A stretch of 64,000 nt of DNA. Origin: Camelus dromedarius. Taxonomy: Eukaryota. The notes beneath the pieces were generated by a model. It saw only the letters and a program-made list of their open reading frames with translations. It made no database searches and was not told the origin of the DNA. Positions 55,069-64,000 of the stretch are shown here, one piece after another. The position numbers were made by a program, and so were the translations under genes. The stretch covers positions 76,200,001 to 76,264,000 of the forward strand of contig NC_087436.1 of the NCBI RefSeq assembly GCF_036321535.1, written 5' to 3'. Within the stretch, counting starts at the first letter, position 1. Each line of letters begins with the position of its first letter.

Positions 55069-55069
55069 T

Positions 55070-55101
<32 letters not shown>
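55069..55101. repeat. (TG)n microsatellite
   Basis: Seen directly. Confidence 0.95.
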
Positions 55102-56479
55102 TGAACACAGAAAGTGTGAAAATAACCTCTAACAAAAGGGAAAGGGAACCTCAACTCAAAGCAGAAAACTTGATTTGAAATCCTGATGATGTACTTATTA
55201 ATCTCTTTGATTTTGAGAAGTTACTTACACGCACTGAAATTTAGGTTTTTTTTTTTTTTCATTTCTAAAACACTTTTTTACTTGGCTAAGAATATTGGAA
55301 GTAAAAAAACAAAGGATGCAAAGTTTCAAGAGAGCCCCTTTAAAACTAGGGAGTCACTTGTTTAAATTATTTTTATTAAGTCTTTTTTAAACATTGCTGC
55401 TATGGTGTTATATACACCAAAGGTGGATCCTTTTTGGCCTTAGGGCTGTATGCCACTTTTCAGAACTATATCAGCAGGCTTTGAAGTGAAGGTGAAAAGG
55501 AGAAGTTAAAAATTGCCTTAGTAAGCACATTGATACATGATTTAAACAAATATCTTTTTAAAGTGCTAAAATAAAATAACACTGAGACATTTTAGGATTC
55601 TCTAACAAAGAAATCTAACAAAGATTCCTGTAACAAAGGCATAATAAATAGCCTAGTTATTCCTTTTTTTAAAAAAAATGCAGGCCTTTGTTGATGACAC
55701 TGGTAAATTTTGGCTTCTACCTTCAATCTGGCTCAACACCCTTGGGCCAGGCAGCCATCTGCCTTGGATACTTCAGGTGTTGTTTTGGCTGAGTGTGAAC
55801 CAAATGACCTCTGAAACATTTTCTATGATTCTACTATTTCATTAGGAAATGGTATATATCTTTAGAAAGCTGTATTATACTATATTCACTATATTTTCCA
55901 AGTAACTATATACATAATAGAATCCAGGTCTCAATGGAATGGAAAAGCTCATGACTTTCACATTAATTTGTATCACTAATGTAGGAGAAGAGATGGGGAT
56001 AGGATAGGGGAGAAAGGTGCCTATATTCTGTCCTAGAGCTAAAATCTTGTGTCTGGATCAACTGTGGAAAAGATAATCACTCAGAAACTCAACTTTGAAG
56101 AAGATAGGCTTTTGGGGAAAATATGGGGCTAAGGGTTGAACCTAGGTAGGTATTATAACTGTATTCTATGCCATTTTAAGTCACTTAAGGTCCTGAGTTC
56201 TTAGGTCTTGAACAGAAATAGGCACCCAAGTGTATAAAGATATCTAGTGCAACATTCTACAAAATGCTCTGAAAAAAATAAATCATACTAAATGTTAATA
56301 ATAGCAAATAAATCATGTTAAGTATATTGAAAAATACTGCATGTTATAACTATATACCCCTCTTGGAGAGTTGGTGGGATATCAGCATGTCAAAGCACTG
56401 AAAAATACTAAGCTGGGGCTGGGGCAGATTTGAGTCTGTAGTACCACTTAGGATTTCTACTAGATTTCCTTAGTCAAAT

Positions 56480-58610
56480 TATCCTCTCATTCTTCTTTAT
56501 ACTTTTCTTTCTCATCAATCCTCCAACACCCCAAACCCTATCTTCACTCTCACTCTATCTCCAAGGACAAAACAGAAGCCAACAGGAGACAACCTCCCCA
56601 TCCTCCCAGAAGCCTGCTCTTCTAACTTCATCGGAGCCCATACCCTCTGCCTTCCCAACATTTCACTTTGGATGTACTGTCCCTTCTCTTATTTAAGTCA
56701 ACGCCTCCATTGTCTTGGGCACTAGATCAGCCCTATTTAAGGTACAAACCATGGACTGCTGCTGGTCATTGACTGATAAATGTTATCGGTTTGTGATGAT
56801 ACAAGAACAGAAATAGAGAATAAATGTATAAAAACGTTTATAACAATTTGACAGAGTTGATTTTACATCTACTGAATCTTACAATTTAAAAACTGATCTT
56901 GTATATAATGTGATTGTGTTTTCTTATTTCATTATTCTCATAATTCTTTTGTATTATATTTTACAGTAACATGGGTCTTTGACAGATTGAGGGGGGAAAA
57001 CATGGTTTTTCATCACCAGATAATTTGAGAAACACTGCATTTGATCCTATTCCGTTCGAGAATGTCTCTCCTGCAATTGTCCCCTCTCGGGACAGAAAAT
57101 TTTTCTTTAAATCTGTATCATTCCCATCATACACAAGCCAGCTGTACTAGCTCCCATGTTAAAGTAAATCTCTCTTAACCTGTCATTCTCCATCATGTCC
57201 TATTTTATTTCTCTGCTGCTTTTACAGCAAAACAACCTGAAAGACTCGTCTATTCTCACTCTCTCCCACTTACTTTCTTCCTGCTGTCTTAGCACCATTT
57301 TAATGAGGCTTATCCACACCACCCCAAAATACCTGACTTTGCCAAGCTCTTCACATGGCCAAATTCAGTGTTTCACCATGTTTCTTGTATTTCTTAATCT
57401 ATCAGCATTTGACACTTTTATTTACTCCTCCTCCTTGAAATACTTTCTGTGTTTAGTGGAGCAGCATTCTTGTTTTTCTTGTCTCACTGTCCACTTTATT
57501 TCAGTTTTCTTTCATGGACCGTTCCCACCTTTCTCTAAACGTGAGGCTGCTTCAGGACTCAGTTGTTGAACTGTTTCTAATCTACACCCACTTTCTAAGT
57601 GATCTCATCCAGCTCCGTGGCTTTGCTTACCATCTCTAGCCTGATGAGACTCCAGCCCCAGCTTCCTTCTCACTGCTAGATCCCTAGGTCCGCTCGATCA
57701 TTGAGACAGCCTCTCTGAATTCTAAACTCCATATTCATATGGCTAGTTGCCTATTCAGCTTCTCTGTTTGAACATCTAATTGACATTTCAAACTTAAAAT
57801 ATCTAAAATAGGCTCCTTTTCTCCCCAAACCTTTTCCTTCCCCAGTCGTCCACATCTCAATAAATAGTAAACCCATCCTTCCAGTTGCTTGGGTTAAAAT
57901 CTCTGGGGTCATCTTCACTCCTCTCCTTTTCTTAAACCCTGAATTCAATTTATCAGCAAACCCTGTTGGCTTTACCTTCAATTTATATTTCAAGTCTGAC
58001 CAATTTCCTCCACTTATGCTAGTACGGCCCTAGTCCACAGACTGTCATTTCTTTTCTGGATGTCTTCTGTAACCTCCAAACTGGTATTCCTGTTTCCATT
58101 TTTGCTCCCTTATGGTCTGTTCACCACACAGCAACAGAGTGATTTCTTTTAAGGCTGAGATCAGATAAGTCAGTCTTCTGTTCAAAACCCTCCACTGGTA
58201 TCACTCTCACTCAGAAAAATACTTCAAATTGTTAAGCTGGACCACTGGCTCTGTCTGATCTGGCCCCCTGCTCCCTCTAAGACTCACCCCAGCTGCCTCC
58301 CTCTAGCTTACTTCCCCCCACCCACAGAGGGGTCTTGCTGTTCTTGCACACACTGAACCCTTTCCTGCTTGACAGCTATGACACTCCTATCCCAGGACCT
58401 TTGCATTTACTGTTACTTCTGCCTGAAATTCTTCCCCCAGTTATATGCAAGGCTTGCTCTCTCACCTCGTCAGATCTCAGCTCATTTCAACTTGTCAAGG
58501 GGCATTTCCTGGCCAGGTTTTAAAAAACAACACAAATTCCCCTACATCACTCTCTATCCCCTAACTCTGCTTTATTTTTCTTTAGAGCACTTCTCACCTA
58601 CATATTAAAA
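56480..58610 (+). mobile_element. L2 LINE interrupted by a DNA-transposon-like piece (about 56730-57037)
   Basis: tcagcatttgacac, gatctcatccagctcc, ccatccttccagttgct; the inner piece ends tttgagaaacactg. Confidence 0.75.
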
Positions 58611-58820
58611 CATGATGTGTGTGTGTGTTTCTTTCCTCTAAAATTACAATTACTATGGTTATACTCCTTGTAAAAATTATCTTTACTCCTTTGAACTAGC
58701 TGGGTCCAGGCTTGGTCCCTTCTGCCTGTTGGGCAGACCTGACCACAAGCTCCCATTCCTCCGCTCCCCGTCTTGAGCCTTGTCCTCTATGCCTTTTAGA
58801 CATGACTCTCTCCCACCCAC

Positions 58821-59150
58821 CTGCCCTCACATCCCCAGTTCTCCTGAGCGTCCATTACATGGGCATTCAGTTTTACAACAGAGTATGGGACTTCCAGGGC
58901 CTCTGCCAAAGCCCTGCTCATCCAGAGTCATTTAGTGAAGGAGTATTATGATCAGCACTTGCGGAGATAAATCCCCCGCGATGGAGGCAGCTCACTCCGG
59001 CAGCCGCAGTTCTCCACATAATGGCATTCTGCTCTGCCTGGCACACATCCTGTTGGGGACTCTGCCCCCCTGGAAAAACACCACATCACATGGAAAAATC
59101 CAATCATGACAACAACCACAGCAATAAAGGCCAAATAGTCACAGGATTGC
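58821..59150 (-). pseudogene. Decayed exon, AAA2 N-terminal part
   Basis: ttcttttgtctctcttcag acceptor, CAG|gtgggt donor; LWMSRALAEALEVPYSVVKLNAHVMDAQENWGCEG. Confidence 0.7.
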
Positions 59151-59473
59151 CTGAAGAGAGACAAAAGAAACCGAGGTTCTCGGGGGCAGTGATGGGGGCA
59201 GTCTTTGCCCCAGCATGATGGCACTGCTGGGGCAGGGCCTGAGGTCCTGGGCTCTTTTGCAGTTGGGATGCTGGTTCCTCCTGACACCAAGTTCTTATAG
59301 AAGCTGACTGTTTTACACTCCCAACATGCAAGGCTCCTTTTGTGCAGGAAAAGGAGAATTTTTTAAAATGTCTTCTTTTGGTTGAAGGGAATTTTTCCAG
59401 TAACTAGTGCAAGGAGTTTTCATTTCCAGGCTGCGGGAAGACCGCGGAGGAGCCTCCCTTCCGGTTCTCTTAC

Positions 59474-59530
59474 CTTTATTGAGTCACCAATTGGTTTGGG
59501 AGCAGAAAGCAGGGACCAAGAGGAAGGAAA
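59474..59530 (-). pseudogene. Decayed small exon (57 nt)
   Basis: aatgtacag acceptor, strong AAG|gtaaga donor. Confidence 0.55.
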
Positions 59531-59956
59531 CTGTACATTTATAAACAGTGTAATTAGGACTTAACTCTTTCAATGAAGAAGTATTCTATTAAACCAGTCA
59601 AGTCCCTTGGAAGAACATATTCCACCAAATGATGAATTTCAAACTGTTCAAATAAAAAGCACATTGAAAGACAAAAAGCATGTTTTGTGAAATTATATGT
59701 AATTTTTTATTTTATGTGTTATATAGAACTTTAAATTATAGGTGGAATTTCTAGAATGGGAATGATTCAGTCACGTATTAGGAAGCTTGATACTTAAGCA
59801 AATAGGAATGCTTCGAGTAGACATAAATAATCAAAAGCATAGACCTGGATCACAGCCTTCTTCCTGAAGAAACTGCATTCTATATATAATTTGACTAAGG
59901 GAAAGCTGAGAAAAATTTAATAGTAGGCTTCAAAAAGATGCAAGTTTATTACATAC

Positions 59957-60570
59957 TGAATGTGCTTTATTGCCACAGAGAACAGAACGAAGAAAATGAA
60001 ATTCAGTGGTGGAGATTTAGGCAAAAGTTGGATGAATTTTCAGAGACTGAAGGTTATCACACTTGGAGAGAAACTAATAACAAAGAGTGAACTGCTTTAG
60101 CAGTGGGATTCTAGAAATGCTGAGAGTCTTAAAGATTCAGCCAGACTCAACATTTGGACAAGTCATAGAATGCTCGTCTTTTTTACCAGCTGTAAAATGA
60201 AGAAGTGGATCCTCACAGATCCTGTTTTCTGTAAGGACATGCTTGCTTGGAGGCAGAGGGCTAAACTTGAATGGCTGAGGTCTTTCCAAGTAGAATTTTC
60301 TTTATGATGAAATCCCATAACTGCAAATAGAAAGCCTGGGACTGTGCGCTCACCAACAGCTTCAGGGAGAACTTCTGGTTCTGCATCCTCCTCTTCTGGG
60401 GGAAACAGACTTTCAGTGCCTCTGGTTGCTGGCATGATACCACGTGAAGGGTTTATTTCTGCATCCCGGTGACTGGGAAGTGGCATGTGTACTAAGCCCT
60501 CAGCAGCACTGAGGAGTTTTGGGGTGTGTGTCTTCAATAGTGTGGGAGCTGACGTTTCCATTGCTGTTTC
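59957..60570 (-). pseudogene. Decayed large exon (614 nt)
   Basis: gctgtttcctcctag acceptor, CA|gtatgt donor; contains the 132-aa ORF 60163-60561 followed by scattered stops. Confidence 0.6.
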
Positions 60571-61130
60571 CTAGGAGGAAACAGCAGCTTCTGCCTGCCA
60601 TATGTTCATGTAACACTGCATGCCAACTCGCATGCCATATCATGCCAGCCTGGAAGCAAGTATGTTCACCAATGCTATATTAGCATCGTTCGACTTGCGA
60701 TCTAATTAATAATTAGCTGTCTTCCTGCAGCCCTTCAAGACAAATGTGAGAGCGACTTTGTCATGTTTGTTAAGAATATACTTGTCTCCTGGTGTTTTAA
60801 TATGGACATCAGAAAAGGGAAATTTCAGAATCTGTGGAGCACTGGTGAATCTGAGTGAAAGGTTCAGGGGACTCTTTGTATTGTTTTTGAAACTTCTAGG
60901 GAGTCTGTAATATTTAAAAAATTAAAAATCTGTGATACAAACTCAAGGCTGGCCTCACATATCGATAGAGTAAGCAGGAACTTATATAGTATAATTTCAG
61001 GCATTTATAAAGTCCATGTCAGAAATTAAAACTCTGATTCCATTAGATCTTTTACAGATGACTTCAGTGTGAATGAGAGATTGAGGGAAAAGTTATGAGA
61101 AGGTGAATGATGAAGGTCAAGGAGGCTGAC

Positions 61131-61231
61131 CTTCCTCTGCTTTACAACCCTGTCCAAAATTATCCATGAGAAGAATTCTTCATTGTACTCTTAAGAGTGG
61201 GCTGTTGGTGAATGAAGGGTCTGTGTTTTTA
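61131..61231 (-). pseudogene. Decayed exon (candidate)
   Basis: ataccccag acceptor, AAG|gtcagc donor; KTQTLHSPTAHS*EYNEEFFSWIILDRVVKQRK joins in frame to the 60570 exon. Confidence 0.5.
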
Positions 61232-62586
61232 CTGGGGTATAAATCATTGGGACCATTTTGTAATTTTAAAAGGAAAACTTAAGTGACTATCTATCTTGGA
61301 TATCTTTACTTTGAAGATCTCTTGATGTAACATCAAATAATTGCATAAAGAATATATTATTTCTCTATATAGAGCTATATTCATGAGTAATTAAGGACAC
61401 TGAATTTTTCTTTTTGTGAAAAGAGAAAACATTTGTTTCCTTCTGCACACTAAATGGTATGATTTCTTGATAGTTTAAGAAAACTTATGCCATTGCTAAA
61501 CAGCTGAATTTAGCTAGCGGAAATACTTCTTTTCTGCTTAGGAAGTGGGTTAGCATTGGTACTTTAGCAAGTAAAATTATTATTAAGAGGAAGTAGCTAA
61601 CTGTCTCCTAACTTTGCTACAAAATTAAACTAAAATAAGAACAATTTTTATTTTAGTAATATTTAAATGTTAAATTTCTTACTAAAAGTGTTGTGAAATA
61701 GGAATTAGGCCATGTGAATCCATTTGGTTAATGTGTAATCGATAAGCAAGTTACAAAAATACAGCAAGACTGTATCGGAATAATCAATTTTAGAAATGAA
61801 ACCCAACTCACAATGTCATGCCACTCTTCTGAGAAGTAGGTAGAGGATATGGTGTAGGGAGGCTGGAACGGACCCCAAGAGCATCTGTGTTCTAATACAG
61901 TGCTCTTTTCATGACCATTAAGCAGATGTAAAGTGACTGCAAGAATGCCACATGTTTATTAGGGTATATTATAATTACTCCTCACTTAAGTTTATATATA
62001 TTTGTGTATACACACATATGTATATAATATATGCTATACATACAAGTCTGTACTGTAAAAGCAACATCTTGTAAGTAGTACAAGTACTACTTAAGGCTTC
62101 AAAACTAGTACTTTTCTCAGTAGCATCTACAGACTTATAACGTTGTCAAAAGAGAATTTGTACAGTTTCCCAAATTTGTTTGTGTTTTATTAAAAAAAAA
62201 CAAATTTCCTGGAAGGAAGTGAGGGTCTTCTTCTAATTCAATCCAGACTGTTAGATATATATTTAGACCAGAAAACTAAGTACAGTGATTTGAATTAACA
62301 TCCCCTGCAGTGGCAGAAACCTAAAGTATATAATCACTTATTTTATGGGCAAAATGGTAGAGTAAAAGCCCTCACTGGTAGTGGAGTGAGACATGGACTA
62401 GGTAAAAAGAGGAGTAAGATGCACTTTGAGCACTTTCCTTTCTTCTCTTCTTTATGTTTCTTTTGATTAGAAACTCCAGTGGTATTTATTGTATAAATTC
62501 TGATCACAGAGGGAGACTTTTTGTCATCAGTGTTGTGGAATGATGCTAAAGAAGTAACAGAGACTCATGGAAGATGGAGCAGGGAC

Positions 62587-63165
62587 TGTGTTCCAGTTCC
62601 AGCTACCAGTTGCTGCATAATATTAAAAAAATAACATTTTATTATGCTTACAATTCTGTAGGTCAGTAACTCTAGGTCAGTCTGTCTCCACTGCGTGGTA
62701 CGTAGAGCCTCAGCTAGGATGGCTTGAACAGCTAGAGATGGGATGCTGGGATGCTGGAATGTCCAAGTTGTTCATCACTCACATCTCCGGCACCTGGGCT
62801 GGGATGTCTGGAACAGCTGGGGAGAGGCTGTTATCATTTTCTCTCCGTACAGCCTCTCTGCTTGGCTACCTTGGGCTCCCTTACAGCATGGAGCTCTGGG
62901 GGTAATAAGGGTTCTTACATGGTACTTGGCTTCCTTCAGAGCAGGAGTTTCAAGGTAAAGGAAACAGAAACTGCCAGTTCTCTTAAGAATAAAGCCCAGA
63001 ACTGGCAAAGTATCACTTCCGGCATATTCTATTGATCAAAACAGTCAGAGACCATCCCAGCTTCAAAGGACTCCCTAGATTTCATGTCTTGATGGGGGAA
63101 TGATGTACAAGCACAAGGAAGGGAGGAACTGATAGTGGGCACTTTGGAGACCAGCTTCTGCAGCC
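62587..63165 (-). mobile_element. MaLR LTR (MLT1F/G-like)
   Basis: gttgctgcataa, atcacttccggcatattctattgatcaaa. Confidence 0.65.
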
Positions 63166-63318
63166 ATAAGGGAATTTGTCAGTTTACATAGTTTTGTAGT
63201 TACGTAATTTTAAATAGATGACACTCTATTATTCTTATTTTAAAAATCTATGAATTAAAAATATGTGTTTGAATGTGTGGAAAGTCAATTTTAGACATAA
63301 ATTCAGAGGAAGCTAGAC

Positions 63319-64000
63319 CACAGAAAGTTGTGTTAGACTCTGGTATAGTCTCCATAGAAAGAAAATATAGTAGAGACTAATTGCCTGAGTCACTAAACTA
63401 GACTGGAAAAAAACCATGCAGGAGGGATCAATGTTGCATTGGCAAGGAGGTACTATTGGTCTTTTTAACTCCAAATATCTGCGATGTGTTGTAATATTTG
63501 TATTCTTTTGTGCCTGATAAAACTGCCTCGTAAAGTTCACTGAACTGTTAACATTGTCTGTCCATTTAGGGCATATATCCAAATACGTGACCAGGTCCCC
63601 AGGATGCTATTGAACTACATAATCTATCACCCAGTGCAACGTGTTGGTGTGTTAAAGGAAGTTAAGTACATTGCAGCTGCGAAACTCCTCTAAGCAGAAC
63701 ACTTCTTCCTCTTTTGTGGAAAAAAAAAAAGTGCAAAAATTCTTTCATCAGGCTATTTGCAAGTCCCTTGCTCCTCCGTGTCAGCTGCCCTTGGCTGCAA
63801 GATAACCATAAAACATTTACTGCAAAGCCATGAAGAATCCATATGTCCATTTGATGTGTCAGGCCACCAAGAAGCCAGAGCTTGTGGGGTAGCATAAGGA
63901 TATCTGAAGGTGACACATGCTGTCAGTTGATGAACAGAGATGCAGAAGGGGATTCTGGCAGCCTCTATCTTGGCCTTGACAACTTGTGATGGTGACCAGG
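63319..64000 (-). pseudogene. Decayed dynein-like exon, AAA1 region (runs off the window edge)
   Basis: Overlapping minus ORFs joined by frameshifts: VTFRYPY, SQGQLTRRSKGLANSLMKEF, LHWVIDYV, LELKRPIV, FFQSSLVTQAISLYYIF. Donor not clearly retained. Confidence 0.65.

Larger units (their letters stand above)
1317..64000 (-). pseudogene. Unprocessed multi-exon pseudogene of a divergent dynein heavy chain-like gene (motor domain AAA1 to lid/C-terminal region); 5' part lies beyond the window
   Basis: About 33 non-repeat islands with minus-strand pyrimidine-AG acceptors and GT donors. Non-repeat ORFs in the track are strongly minus-biased and coincide with them. Collinear dynein-like motifs: KGLANSL (AAA1 KDLAKAL), ALAEAL..KLNAHVMDAQENWG (AAA2 NPKA..ELYG), IRSKHLRITFWNQ (AAA4 VRxNLHIVL), INTVTP (YVTP), KLNSNDLSSL (stalk), EIRLM..LP*SPLDQENG (AAA5 IRxW..GLPxD..SxENG), RPVH*GSLQF..LIGIPM (RPVAxRGSILYF..IDPMY), LRPV*YT (LRPDR), AWILVH (WVLLQN), ICFFLA (LCFFHA), EYVIP..HDN (YxIP..GLHxN). 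Many in-frame stops and frameshifts. Confidence 0.8.

Noticed and set aside
58990..59060. VCQAEQNAIM resembling the cytidine/dCMP deaminase HAExNA motif
   Set aside because: No His, no PCxxC at the correct spacing or frame; another frame fits dynein AAA2.
58952..59290. 112-aa ORF with a hydrophobic stretch as a membrane microprotein
   Set aside because: It starts at a non-ATG codon in intron-like sequence and is better explained as part of a pseudo-exon.

Overview
AT-rich mammalian genomic DNA, probably camelid: it carries artiodactyl/camelid-type L1 3' UTRs and I see no Alu, B1, Bov-tA or PRE SINEs. Roughly half is interspersed repeat (young and old L1, L2, MIR, CR1/L3, MaLR and ERVL LTRs, an ERVL internal segment, Tigger2 and MER58 DNA elements). 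I found no intact protein-coding gene. Main result: almost every non-repeat island from about 1.3 kb to the right edge is bracketed by minus-strand splice acceptor and donor signals. Read in order, these roughly 33 decayed exons (about 7.5 kb, about 2,500 codons) give a collinear dynein heavy chain motor domain (AAA1-AAA4, stalk, AAA5, AAA6, lid) with many stops and frameshifts. This is an intron-containing pseudogene of a strongly divergent dynein heavy chain-like gene that enters from beyond the right edge. The assignment comes from manual translation compared with dynein motifs from memory, and several exon frames and boundaries are approximate. Homeobox and PBX-HOX/MEIS motif clusters and a possible plus-strand first exon suggest the dead gene lies in a regulatory landscape or antisense within a host gene intron.
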